IMG/VR virus record: IMGVR_UViG_3300020147_000065
Location: 124,001-188,000 of that record
Reading direction: 5' to 3' (one strand)
Length of the DNA: 64,000 nt
Below, piece after piece: positions 50,526 to 59,742 of this stretch (positions are counted from its first letter, which is position 1; every line of letters starts with the position of its first letter). The notes beneath the pieces are model-generated. The model ran no database searches. It saw only the letters and a list, made by a program, of their open reading frames with translations, and was not told where the DNA came from. The translations under genes were made by a program, and so were the position numbers.

Positions 50526-51122
50526 TCATAAACTCAAGTCAAGTTTATCGTTAGCAGCCACACAATAGAATTGTGTGCCGTCAATGTTAGCAGTTCGATT
50601 AAAATGCCAATGACCAAATACCCATATTGCCGGACGGTGTATCTGTAACATGGTCATTAAAGCCAACGTGGTTTGCGTAGGCTTTACCGGCCCGTTTATC
50701 AGGCGAGGCATATTCATATGCTCGATTATACCAAACGGGGCATCGTGACTGATTACAATATCCGGCTTGGTGGCCTCATAGAGAGTAACAGCATTGGTTA
50801 AATCTTCCATGCTTAATTGCTCATCTTTCCACCAACTTATACCCTCTCTACGACGGTATTGATCTATTGACCATGCACCGGATAGAAAGAATACGCCGTG
50901 CTTGTAACCATAATCACCCAGATAAAGAGGATGGGCGCGGCACTCTTCGGGAGAATCATGATTACCACGTATGAAACCATCTATACCAGTAAAGACGGTT
51001 TCTCGATTGAAGTTACGAAAACCTAATCCCAAATCTCCCAAATGTAATGTCAAGTCTGCTTTTTCGGGATACCAAAAGCCAACCCGTTCTGCGTGAGAAT
51101 CACCAAGAAATCTATAAATCAT
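50526..51122 (-). CDS. Calcineurin-like metallophosphoesterase (inverted cassette)
   Basis: GDSH, HLGD, RGNHD, SHDAP and FGHWH motifs. Confidence 0.9.
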   Translation of the reverse strand: MIYRFLGDSHAERVGFWYPEKADLTLHLGDLGLGFRNFNRETVFTGIDGFIRGNHDSPEECRAHPLYLGDYGYKHGVFFLSGAWSIDQYRRREGISWWKDEQLSMEDLTNAVTLYEATKPDIVISHDAPFGIIEHMNMPRLINGPVKPTQTTLALMTMLQIHRPAIWVFGHWHFNRTANIDGTQFYCVAANDKLDLSL

Positions 51123-51307
51123 AAATCTACTCCTAATGTGGCTTTAACCACCATTTTGTAAATATCCATTGAGTCTAACACACCTGCCAACCAATCTACA
51201 ACCCTTTGAATGTGCTGAAACACACAAAAAGCGACATAAACCCCAACGAGTTTGTTCCTTATCCTACGTCTTAACCAACGGTAGTAAACATGGACTTTGC
51301 GACTCAT
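51119..51307 (-). CDS. Small hypothetical protein, first gene of the inverted cassette
   Basis: Minus-strand TTGCCC-17-TATACT-6-ATG. Confidence 0.65.
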   Translation of the reverse strand: MSRKVHVYYRWLRRRIRNKLVGVYVAFCVFQHIQRVVDWLAGVLDSMDIYKMVVKATLGVDL

Positions 51308-51391
51308 GCTCTAAGTATACCAAAAAGCTATCCACGGGGCAAGGTCTGCCCCCCCCTTGCATTTAGATACGATTTAGAGTATCCTTTAATC

Positions 51392-51634
51392 ATGGACGAA
51401 CTAATCAGAGATAACGGGAAGCTGCGCCCGTGTAAAGGGAATTTCCAAAAGATGACAATTCCACAAATTATCTGGGAATTTCAAATCAAGCAGGGTCAGT
51501 TCTGGGACGGTTTTACTTATGTTGATTACTGGGATATTCGTAACATTCTCTTAGTCGTCATCTTTGTTGCGCTGTTGCCCGTTTCTCTACCATTCTGCCT
51601 CTACATGAGAGCAAGGAGCCAAAAGAATTACTAA
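51392..51634 (+). CDS. Small membrane protein (leaderless)
   Basis: MDELIRDNG... with C-terminal TM segment. Confidence 0.6.
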   Translation: MDELIRDNGKLRPCKGNFQKMTIPQIIWEFQIKQGQFWDGFTYVDYWDIRNILLVVIFVALLPVSLPFCLYMRARSQKNY

Positions 51635-51816
51635 TGACACCTGAAGAACAAGACCGTTTCGCTAAGGAATGGGCTGAATACATTAAAGCTGATACTGAGT
51701 ATCAAGACCGGAAATTTAAAGCATCAATCGCCCCGCAGTGGGCGGGGCTTATCGGTTCTGTTATACTCTGTGGTGTGTTTATTTGGTTGTTTTGGTTGAC
51801 AACACCGAAAGGATAA
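51634..51816 (+). CDS. Small membrane protein
   Basis: TAATG coupling; C-terminal TM segment. Confidence 0.6.
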   Translation: MTPEEQDRFAKEWAEYIKADTEYQDRKFKASIAPQWAGLIGSVILCGVFIWLFWLTTPKG

Positions 51817-52158
51817 TATGAGCTTCCAACAAGATTTATACAACGACCAGCAGGAAATGTATCGCAGGATACATCGTGCGCGAATACACGGTTTCATTAT
51901 CGGTATAATTATAGCCGGACTAATTGTGGTTATCGTGGGTGCCCTCGTTGGCACCCACTAATGCCCCCCCCCCCTGACAAAGTAAATAATTATTTGTATA
52001 ATAAAGATATGACAAAGAGAAGATTAGGGTTAATTATCACACTTTTGATATTGTGGATTATTGTCGGAATAAGCATTTTCTTATATCGGCAAAGTATGGG
52101 TATCCCTGTTTAATGCCCCCCCTTGTAGCAAAGTAAGAACTTTGTTACAATTTATTAT

Positions 52159-52314
52159 ATGAAAAGAAAAGGTTTTACCGTCATCGAACTGCTTGTCGTA
52201 ATTGCTATCTGCGCGATTCTCATTTCTGTCATCGTTACCGGCGTTCAACGTGCGCGTGGTGGAGCAACCCAAAGCCAGGAGCGCGTAGTCCCCCGTTTTC
52301 AGCCTCAACGCTGA
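52159..52314 (+). CDS. 51-aa type IV prepilin-like peptide (not in ORF track)
   Basis: MKRKG^[28 protein letters not shown]: basic leader, G(-1) F(+1) E(+5), hydrophobic helix. Confidence 0.85.
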   Translation: MKRKGFTVIELLVVIAICAILISVIVTGVQRARGGATQSQERVVPRFQPQR

Positions 52315-52373
52315 GCGGCGGGGCTTGCCCCCCCCCCTTGCTCCCTTACTAACTAATTCGTTATAATCTTAGT

Positions 52374-52757
52374 ATGTCACGATACAAGAAGTCAATGGGA
52401 ACATGGAAAGAGATTTGTATTTGTATTAGAGGCGCATTTATCAATTTTGACGTTGTGCAAGCCACGGGACAAGTCTTTGATTTGTATTGTGATATTCATA
52501 CTCACGTTGACGCTTACAGTGAAAAAATCGAGGGTGAAAAAGAACTGAACTGGAAAGTGGGTAAGAACTCATTATTCAAACACTGTCCAAAGAAGAAAAT
52601 AGCGAAACACATCAAACGACTCTTTGAGTCCGATGATATTATGCTGTTTCCTTATCTCGATACAGATGATAAAGAAGCAGTTAAAGATGCAGCAGAAGAT
52701 AGACAATTTCTCGAAAAGATGGCTCAGTTCTACGGGATTACACTCCCGGAGGACTGA
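52374..52757 (+). CDS. Cassette gene, hypothetical (leaderless)
   Basis: TATAAT-6-ATG. Confidence 0.7.
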   Translation: MSRYKKSMGTWKEICICIRGAFINFDVVQATGQVFDLYCDIHTHVDAYSEKIEGEKELNWKVGKNSLFKHCPKKKIAKHIKRLFESDDIMLFPYLDTDDKEAVKDAAEDRQFLEKMAQFYGITLPED

Positions 52758-52805
52758 TATGCCCCCCCCTTGCCCGTGGTTTGCTTTTTAGTTAGAATGT
52801 ATTAC

Positions 52806-53123
52806 ATGAAATTAGATATTAACAAAGCGTTTATTTTGGTAACAGTCATTACCGAAAAGGGTAATTCTATTACCCTGCCGTGTCGCAAATATAGTTTCAG
52901 CAAACGAAACGGCGAATCTGAACTGAATTTGAATAGTGCGATGGATGACGGTGTGACGCCATGTGAAGGCGTTAAAGAATATTACCGCAAAAATCCCACT
53001 GCTCCAGTCGGCACCGAAGTTCTTTTGAATATGTTGCTCGCGGAAGGTATTGCGTTGGTTTACAATACCGCGACGCTCATGTATAACGAACAAGGCGAGT
53101 TGTTCATTCCTGAGGAGGAATGA
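52806..53123 (+). CDS. Cassette gene, hypothetical (leaderless)
   Basis: TTGCCC-17-TAGAAT then ATG. Confidence 0.7.
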   Translation: MKLDINKAFILVTVITEKGNSITLPCRKYSFSKRNGESELNLNSAMDDGVTPCEGVKEYYRKNPTAPVGTEVLLNMLLAEGIALVYNTATLMYNEQGELFIPEEE

Positions 53124-53172
53124 GCCTTGCCCCCCCCTTGACTAATCCCCGTGGTGAGTTAAAATGTATTAC

Positions 53173-53331
53173 ATGAAAAAGAGCAAATCCAAACCTGAAC
53201 ACATGACGGTTGCCAACGCAGTTAAGGTCACAATGCCGCGTCAACACTGCCCAACGCGCACAATCGAACCTAAGCGTAACAAGTTGCGCGACAAGGTTTC
53301 CAAACGCGAATTTAAACGGGGTGATTATTGA
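53173..53331 (+). CDS. 52-aa very basic peptide (not in ORF track)
   Basis: MKKSKSKPEH...PTRTIEPKRNKLRDKVSKREFKRGDY, leaderless. Confidence 0.6.
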   Translation: MKKSKSKPEHMTVANAVKVTMPRQHCPTRTIEPKRNKLRDKVSKREFKRGDY

Positions 53332-53525
53332 TGTTTGAAAAACTCATCGCCTTCGTTCTCGGTCTGGTGTGCTTAACATGCGCTTTTACAGTTATGACTA
53401 TGTTTGTTAGCATAATCTGTAATCTCGGTTGGGATTGGCAACACGTTATGCGAACTTGGTTCTGGATTTTTATCGTTCTCGAAGTTCTGTTTTGGATTGG
53501 TGGCGGCCTTAGTCAATTCGACTAA
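53328..53525 (+). CDS. Two-TM membrane protein
   Basis: Two hydrophobic helices; overlaps the upstream stop. Confidence 0.6.
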   Translation: MMFEKLIAFVLGLVCLTCAFTVMTMFVSIICNLGWDWQHVMRTWFWIFIVLEVLFWIGGGLSQFD

Positions 53526-53541
53526 GGTTTGCCCCCCCACC

Positions 53542-53781
53542 TCAGGGATAGGCCAGTGCCGGCGCTCCCTGAGTAAAGTAACGGAGTTTCTCTATTCCTT
53601 CAAACCTTACTTCCAATACTTCTGCACCACTTTTACCGTCTTTACCGTATCGCTTGACAGAAACAATCTCGCCTGGTGTGTTTTCAGGGACTTCTACCGT
53701 CTTCATATCGAGTCCCAATAACTCCATGCGAGCAACGATCTTATCACCCTGTTTGAAATTAACGTCCTCTGTAAATTGCAT
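53542..53781 (-). CDS. SH3-like small protein in an inverted cassette
   Basis: Minus-strand TTGACT-CCCCGTGG spacer-TATACT-6-ATG (MQFTEDVNFKQGDKIV). Confidence 0.7.
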   Translation of the reverse strand: MQFTEDVNFKQGDKIVARMELLGLDMKTVEVPENTPGEIVSVKRYGKDGKSGAEVLEVRFEGIEKLRYFTQGAPALAYP

Positions 53782-53867
53782 GATATTAGTATATAGCCAA
53801 CCACGGGGGTTAGTCAATGCCCCCCCCCCCATTGCACACTCTAAACAATAGCGGTAAAATATATTCC

Positions 53868-54290
53868 ATGAGCAAAACAAAAGTAACCCCGAACAGCGTA
53901 GCATTCAGCGCGTTGCAGGAAGTTGTCAAAGTTGGTAACACGAAACTGAAAGTTCTTTTCGTTGCCGAACGCGGCGTCCACGGTGCCGAAACCTACTGGA
54001 ACGACGAAATGCGCGGCAATGTCGGCAAAGAACTGACCGTGAGAGATTCCGACGCGAGCAGCAACGAATTTCAGCTTTCCGACGATTTCTGGTATCCTGC
54101 AATCTCCTTGTTTGCTGAACCCAAACAGCCGGTAGAAGTGTCGCTGCCTGATTACACGGCGACGGTGTATCCTACCCATCTCCAAGTTGGTTATCAGGAA
54201 ATCACCAAAGAAATGGTTCTGGCAATCGTCAAGGGTGGACTGGATACGGGCTTCCTCTCCACATCAGATTTGGAGGGTCTGAATAAATAA
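53868..54290 (+). CDS. Paralog family C protein, copy 1
   Basis: GxHG...W...M...G...WYPAxxL and LPDYTA...VGxQxxTKEMxLxIV...GF motifs. Confidence 0.85.
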   Translation: MSKTKVTPNSVAFSALQEVVKVGNTKLKVLFVAERGVHGAETYWNDEMRGNVGKELTVRDSDASSNEFQLSDDFWYPAISLFAEPKQPVEVSLPDYTATVYPTHLQVGYQEITKEMVLAIVKGGLDTGFLSTSDLEGLNK

Positions 54291-54375
54291 GCCCCGGCTC
54301 CCTTCGGGGAGCTTTGCCCCCCCTTGCGCACAGCTCTAATCTTCTGTATAATTATTAGTAATAAGGAGGCCAACG

Positions 54376-54645
54376 ATGCCTAAATCAATGTTTCGTCCAT
54401 CGGATGTAATGGACAACGCGCATTTCAATGACCACACTAAGGTCTTGACTGTGACGTTTCAGAGTGGTTCGGTTTACGAGTATGAGAATGTGCCTGAGCG
54501 CGTTTTCAATCGTTTAAACGCCGCTCCTTCTAAGGGACAGTTCTTTAATCAGAACATCCGTAATAAATACGCATTTAAGTGTGTGTTTAAACCCGCTAAG
54601 ACAACTACAGCGCCGCAGGTTCAGCCCGTGGCTGTCACTGTCTAA
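54376..54645 (+). CDS. KTSC domain protein
   Basis: LTVTFQSGSVYEYENVPERVFNRLNAAPSKGQFFNQNIRNKY; AAGGAGG SD. Confidence 0.9.
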   Translation: MPKSMFRPSDVMDNAHFNDHTKVLTVTFQSGSVYEYENVPERVFNRLNAAPSKGQFFNQNIRNKYAFKCVFKPAKTTTAPQVQPVAVTV

Positions 54646-54742
54646 TGTTCCTCCTTACCGGGAAACGGAGGCTTCCGGGCCTCCGTTTCTTCGGTCTGCC
54701 CCCCCCTTGTCACAAGTAAATTAAAACGATATAATCTATTAC

Positions 54743-55159
54743 ATGAGTGAAACAAACAACGTGAACATTGCTGAACTGAGCCTGAACCAAATTGCATTCT
54801 TAAAGCTCGGCCTCAAAGAAGGCGACACCGTAAAGGTTGTTGCTAAAGTGCCAGAAGGCACACACGGTTCTGATATTTACTGGGAAACGAGTATGACCCG
54901 TAAAATCGGTAAAACCCAACGAGTAGTAGGTGCGCGGAACCATAGCCGAATCGAACTCGAAGATGGGTATTACTACCCTGCCCTCGCGCTGGAAAAAGTG
55001 AAAGTTGTCAAGGAAATTCGGCTCCCTGACTACACCGCTTTAGTCAGCGAAGATGGTGTATCCGTGGGTTGCCAAAACCTCACCAAAGAAATGGTGTTGG
55101 GTATCGTAAAAGCCGCAGTGGAAACGAACTTCATTTCACAGGAGGACTTGGAGTTCTAA
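54743..55159 (+). CDS. Paralog family C protein, copy 2
   Basis: Family C motifs. Confidence 0.85.
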   Translation: MSETNNVNIAELSLNQIAFLKLGLKEGDTVKVVAKVPEGTHGSDIYWETSMTRKIGKTQRVVGARNHSRIELEDGYYYPALALEKVKVVKEIRLPDYTALVSEDGVSVGCQNLTKEMVLGIVKAAVETNFISQEDLEF

Positions 55160-55233
55160 GCCGGGAGCCGTCGAAAGACGGCGACCTGCCCCCCCCCTTG
55201 TCACTACTCAAGAATAACAGTAAAATATATTCC

Positions 55234-55653
55234 ATGAGTGATAAAGTAAAGACAATGAATGATGTGGCTTTCGAGTTTCTCAATGAGAAATTCAAAGTTG
55301 GCGACAAAGTGCGAGTCACCATGCGGGTTGACTCTGGTGTGCAGGGTAATCGAATTGACTGGCTTGAGGGAATGGAAGAGGCTCTCAATTCGGGACTTCA
55401 CACTATTCTGGATACCAACGAGTCGTATGGTGCGTTCCGACTGAGTTGTGGTTACTGGTTCCCGGCGTTGGCAATCAGCTCTGATGTTGGTAAAGTCACT
55501 GTCAAACTGCCCGACTACACAGCCGAAATCACCAAAGAAAAAGTCAACGTAGGTTGTCAAGTTCTGACAAAAGAGATGATTCTCAGTATCGTAAAGGCCG
55601 CAGTGGACACCGGCTTTTTAAATGAGGAGGATATTGCCTCACTTAAAGGTTAA
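55234..55653 (+). CDS. Paralog family C protein, copy 3
   Basis: Family C motifs; leaderless MSDKVK. Confidence 0.85.
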   Translation: MSDKVKTMNDVAFEFLNEKFKVGDKVRVTMRVDSGVQGNRIDWLEGMEEALNSGLHTILDTNESYGAFRLSCGYWFPALAISSDVGKVTVKLPDYTAEITKEKVNVGCQVLTKEMILSIVKAAVDTGFLNEEDIASLKG

Positions 55654-55732
55654 GCGGCGGGGAGCTGCCTTCAGGCAGCGACCTCTTGCCCCCCCCTTGC
55701 ACTAACCAACTAAAAACGATAGAATATATTCC

Positions 55733-56158
55733 ATGAGTGATACAACAGCAAAGACGGTTAATGATGCAGCGTTTGAGATTCTCAGCGCAACGGTCAAAGA
55801 AGGCAGCAAGGTTCGCGTAATTCTTCGTATCCCAAAAGGTATGCATGGAAGCCGCATCTCATGGGTTGACTCGATGGACGGAAACGTGGGCGTCGGTATC
55901 CACACTGTAACCGATGTAAGCCCTCGCTACGGTGCTTTCGAGTTGGACAACGAAAAGTGGTATCCTGCGGTTGCTCTTTCGGCGGACGCGGAAACCGTTC
56001 GCGTCGCGCTCCCTGACTACGAAGCAGAAATTACCAAAGATGGTATCGTAGTCGCGGGGCAGAACCTCACCAAAGAGATGGTTCTCGGCATCGTGCAGGG
56101 TGCGCTCGACACCGGATTCCTTGATAAAGGAGATGTAGCCACTATTAAGACTTCCTAA
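55733..56158 (+). CDS. Paralog family C protein, copy 4
   Basis: Family C motifs. Confidence 0.85.
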   Translation: MSDTTAKTVNDAAFEILSATVKEGSKVRVILRIPKGMHGSRISWVDSMDGNVGVGIHTVTDVSPRYGAFELDNEKWYPAVALSADAETVRVALPDYEAEITKDGIVVAGQNLTKEMVLGIVQGALDTGFLDKGDVATIKTS

Positions 56159-56238
56159 GCAACGGGGAGCCATCCACGGGTGGCGACCTTTTGCCCCCCC
56201 CCTTGCACCAAAATAAGATAAGCGGTATAATTTATTAC

Positions 56239-56676
56239 ATGAGCGATACACAAACAACCCCCGAACTGACCGTGAACCAAGCCGCATTTAATGTTTTAAA
56301 TGCGAAAGTGACCGAAGGCGACAAGATTCGCGTCGTCCTCAAAGTGCCTATTACCGTGCATGGTAGTGATGTGAACTGGGTCGAAGAGATGGACAACACC
56401 ATCAACAAAACGCTTCGCGTTCGCCGCGTTGACGCAAGCAATGGTTCTTTCTATCTCAGCAACGGCTACTGGTATCCTGCCGTGGCACTCTCCACCGAAG
56501 TAGCAAAAATCACCGTGCCGCTGCCGGATTACACGGCGGAAATCACCAAAGAACAGGTCAACGTCGGCTGCCAGATTTTGACCAAAGAAATGATTCTCGG
56601 CATCGTGCAAGGCGCGTTGGATGTAGGGTTTCTGAGCGAAGAGGATGTGAACCGCCTCGACACCAGAGAAGTATAA
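56239..56676 (+). CDS. Paralog family C protein, copy 5
   Basis: Family C motifs; leaderless MSDTQT. Confidence 0.85.
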   Translation: MSDTQTTPELTVNQAAFNVLNAKVTEGDKIRVVLKVPITVHGSDVNWVEEMDNTINKTLRVRRVDASNGSFYLSNGYWYPAVALSTEVAKITVPLPDYTAEITKEQVNVGCQILTKEMILGIVQGALDVGFLSEEDVNRLDTREV

Positions 56677-56750
56677 CCGGGTGGACTCTTCGGAGTCCAC
56701 CCTGCCCCCCCCCCTTGCGCTGATAGAATTTAAACAGTATAATTTATTCC

Positions 56751-57167
56751 ATGAGTGAAACAAGAAAGACGGTTAATGACGCGGCGTTTGAAATCCTCAA
56801 CGCACAGTTGAACATTGGTGATAGAGTTCGTATTGTCGCCAAAATTGATGAGGGTGTCCACGGCAGCAAGACTGTTTGGACATCTCGCATGAATGATAGT
56901 GTGGGTCAGTTTATGACTATTCGCGGTGTTGAACCTGAGTATGGTGCTTTTCAGTTGGATAACTATTACTGGTATCCTGCCGTGGCACTCGATACTCAGG
57001 TGCATAAAGTGACGGTTAATCTGCCGGATTATTGCGCTGAAATCACCAAAGAAGGGGTGAACGTGGGTTGTCAGAACCTCACCAAAGAAATGATTCTGCA
57101 AATCGTGCAGGGCGCGTTAGACGTGGGTTTTCTCGATGCCGAGGACATCGAAAGTCTGAAAGTATAA
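56751..57167 (+). CDS. Paralog family C protein, copy 6
   Basis: Family C motifs. Confidence 0.85.
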   Translation: MSETRKTVNDAAFEILNAQLNIGDRVRIVAKIDEGVHGSKTVWTSRMNDSVGQFMTIRGVEPEYGAFQLDNYYWYPAVALDTQVHKVTVNLPDYCAEITKEGVNVGCQNLTKEMILQIVQGALDVGFLDAEDIESLKV

Positions 57168-57244
57168 GCGGCGGGGAGCTATCGAAAGATAGCGACCTTG
57201 CCCCCCCCTTGGCAACACTCAATATAAACAGTAAAATATAAGAC

Positions 57245-57643
57245 ATGAACATGAACCAAGCAGCATTCGAGACGTTGAAGGAAACGCGCGGCATCGGTGA
57301 CAAAGTGAAGGTTGTCCTGCAAGTGGACAAAGGTGTGCATGGAAACCTCTTCCGTTGGGATTCCGGTATGACCGAACAAATCGGAAAAGTCTTGACAATC
57401 AAAGAGTTCGATTCTTCGGACAACACCATCCTGCTGTCAGATAGCCGTTATTATCCCGCACTCGCTTTGATGAGCGACAACGGCCCCATTATCGTGGAAT
57501 TGCCCGATTACAAGGCAGAAATCCACGCTGACCGTGTGCAAGTTGGTTGTCAGTGCCTCACCAAACAGATGGTGTTGGACATCGTGAAGGGTGCAGTATC
57601 TGTCGGGTTTATGAGCGAATCAGATTTGGAGGGTCTGCGATAA
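57245..57643 (+). CDS. Paralog family C protein, copy 7
   Basis: Family C motifs. Confidence 0.85.
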   Translation: MNMNQAAFETLKETRGIGDKVKVVLQVDKGVHGNLFRWDSGMTEQIGKVLTIKEFDSSDNTILLSDSRYYPALALMSDNGPIIVELPDYKAEIHADRVQVGCQCLTKQMVLDIVKGAVSVGFMSESDLEGLR

Positions 57644-57720
57644 GCCCCCGCGGACTCTTCGGAGTCCGCCTTGCCCCCCCCCCTTGCACAAGGTTCAAAT
57701 TAAGGGGTATAATTTATTCC

Positions 57721-58137
57721 ATGAGCAAACAAAAGACGTTACACGACATTGCATTTGAAGAACTGGGCATCGAAGAGGGCGACTTCGCTAAAGTCGTCCT
57801 TAAAGTGGACGAAGACGTTCACGGTAACCCGCTCCGTTGGTCGCATGGTATGGAAGAAATGTTAGGTAAGACATTTCGCGTCACCAACATTGATACCAGC
57901 GACAACACAATCGAACTGAACAACGGCGAATGGTTCTCGGCTATTTCGCTCGAAAAGGCAACCGGCGAAATCAAGGTGCAATTACCGGATTACACCGCAG
58001 TCGTAACCAAAGAAGGCATGGAAGTTGGTTGCCAGAAACTCGACAAAGACAAGGTTTTGGAAATCGTTCAGGCTGCAATCACCACCGGTATGATTGACCG
58101 CGATGATGTCGAAGACCTCGACTATCACGACGACTAA
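57721..58137 (+). CDS. Paralog family C protein, copy 8
   Basis: Family C motifs; leaderless MSKQKT. Confidence 0.85.
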   Translation: MSKQKTLHDIAFEELGIEEGDFAKVVLKVDEDVHGNPLRWSHGMEEMLGKTFRVTNIDTSDNTIELNNGEWFSAISLEKATGEIKVQLPDYTAVVTKEGMEVGCQKLDKDKVLEIVQAAITTGMIDRDDVEDLDYHDD

Positions 58138-58212
58138 GCGGGGTGCTGCCTTCGGGCAGCACTCTTGCCCCCCCCCCTTGCCTTGTCCCCGTGGTTGGGT
58201 TATCCTTTACAT

Positions 58213-58506
58213 ATGTCCGACGAATATCCTTTAACAGTTAAACAAGTAAACAAACTCATGGATGATGTTTTCAATACTGAGCCGCCAGAGCTTGTTCTTG
58301 CTCGTAAACTTAAAGAAGCCGGTTTTACTGAGCATCAAGTATGGAGAATGTTTATTGCTCGTAATGATGAGCCGAAACCTTATGCCCCACACTTTGCAAG
58401 CTATATAAGTTCAAATGAAGCAATTCGTTTGAGAGTTTATAATTTTTTTCGTGACTTCGAACGTGGTGGAGTGTGTCGGCGGATAGATACCGGATTAATC
58501 AGTTAA
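58213..58506 (+). CDS. Cassette gene, hypothetical (leaderless)
   Basis: TTGCCT-CCCCGTGG spacer-TATCCT then ATG. Confidence 0.65.
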   Translation: MSDEYPLTVKQVNKLMDDVFNTEPPELVLARKLKEAGFTEHQVWRMFIARNDEPKPYAPHFASYISSNEAIRLRVYNFFRDFERGGVCRRIDTGLIS

Positions 58507-58559
58507 TCCGGTTGCCCCCCCCCCTTGCATCGGTTAAATCTCTGAGTTATCCTTTATAT

Positions 58560-59069
58560 ATGATAACCGAACGCATCAACCATTCAGATATTGATTCTCG
58601 CCATGCTAACGACTTCATTAACGCATGGTATAATGAAGTTGCCAAACGCGGCGAAATTTACGCCACAAACGCTGAAATTTTAGCGAAAGAAACCGCACTC
58701 GATTTGTTGTCAAAGGGTGCCGGTGAAATTGTTTACGGGCGCAAAAAGGACGATTTGTTGCGCGTTAACGATAAGGGTTTAATTCCCGAAAACAAAAAGT
58801 TGTTTTTTAAAGCCGTTGTCGGCTATGCTTATTTGTGGGGTATTGCTCTTAGTGTTGAAATATCGGAGCAGCTACCCACGGGCGCTAAAATCGAATATAT
58901 TGCCGATGACCTATGCCCCCATAAAGACCGGCAAGTGACGCAAGAATTTCAATGGAAATATCGCAAGCGTAGCGACGATGAAGAAATCGAAAAAGAGGCC
59001 GAAGCCGACACACAAGACGAAGAAACGGCAGAAGTCGAACCCTGCCCCGCTGGGGAGGTGATCGAATAG
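58560..59069 (+). CDS. Cassette gene, hypothetical with acidic tail
   Basis: Leaderless MITERIN. Confidence 0.7.
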   Translation: MITERINHSDIDSRHANDFINAWYNEVAKRGEIYATNAEILAKETALDLLSKGAGEIVYGRKKDDLLRVNDKGLIPENKKLFFKAVVGYAYLWGIALSVEISEQLPTGAKIEYIADDLCPHKDRQVTQEFQWKYRKRSDDEEIEKEAEADTQDEETAEVEPCPAGEVIE

Positions 59070-59122
59070 GGCGATTGCCCCCCCCCTTGGCAACTCATGA
59101 AAAAGGGAGTAAAATATTTAAC

Positions 59123-59401
59123 ATGAATCAAGAACATCAACAAATCGTTGTTTCTGCCGCTGAAAAACTCAATAAAATGGCGGGTATTGTTGGTGCAAGC
59201 ACCATCCCATTTCATCCTGCACTCAATGAAGATGAAGTGAACGACATTCTCAATGAGGCTCAAGCGTTCGGCTTGACTGCCGAACGCACTGATTTTCTGA
59301 ATGACCACGAGGGTCAGGACTTCACCAACATCACCTTTGAACTCGCCAACCGGCAGGGTGCCCATATGCTGGATGCTCTGCGTGGAGCCTCTCCTGTATA
59401 A
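59123..59401 (+). CDS. Cassette gene, hypothetical
   Basis: Leaderless MNQEHQQ. Confidence 0.7.
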   Translation: MNQEHQQIVVSAAEKLNKMAGIVGASTIPFHPALNEDEVNDILNEAQAFGLTAERTDFLNDHEGQDFTNITFELANRQGAHMLDALRGASPV

Positions 59402-59455
59402 GGAGAGTTTGCCCCCCCCTTGTAATACTCATAGAAATTGCGTATAATTTATTAC

Positions 59456-59638
59456 ATGACAAGCAACGGAATCATGAATCAGTTGGGCAAGTGCTACCGC
59501 GCCGTTTTCAATGGCAACGACAATTCTGCAACGTGGGCGAAAATTCATCGCCTCACCCGCCGTCACGAACGGGCGCTCGAAAAAGAGGCCGAGTCTGCGG
59601 AGCCTCAAATCGAGGGAGCAGCCGAAGTAGACAATTAG
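59456..59638 (+). CDS. Small cassette gene
   Basis: TATAAT then leaderless MTSNGI. Confidence 0.6.
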   Translation: MTSNGIMNQLGKCYRAVFNGNDNSATWAKIHRLTRRHERALEKEAESAEPQIEGAAEVDN

Positions 59639-59742
59639 TTGCTCTCTTGCTCATGCACCTCCGGCCACTACCTCAGTTTCGACTGGGGTAGTGTGCTGCC
59701 CCCCCCTTGTTCTATATTTGTTTGCTTGATATAATTATTATC

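Noticed and set aside
53173-53331. Basic peptide as an ArfA/BrfA-like ribosome rescue factor
   Set aside because: Only size and charge agree; no diagnostic motif recognised.
53868-58137. Family C as a diversity-generating retroelement target set
   Set aside because: No reverse transcriptase in the window and no near-identical template/variable repeat pair differing only at adenines.
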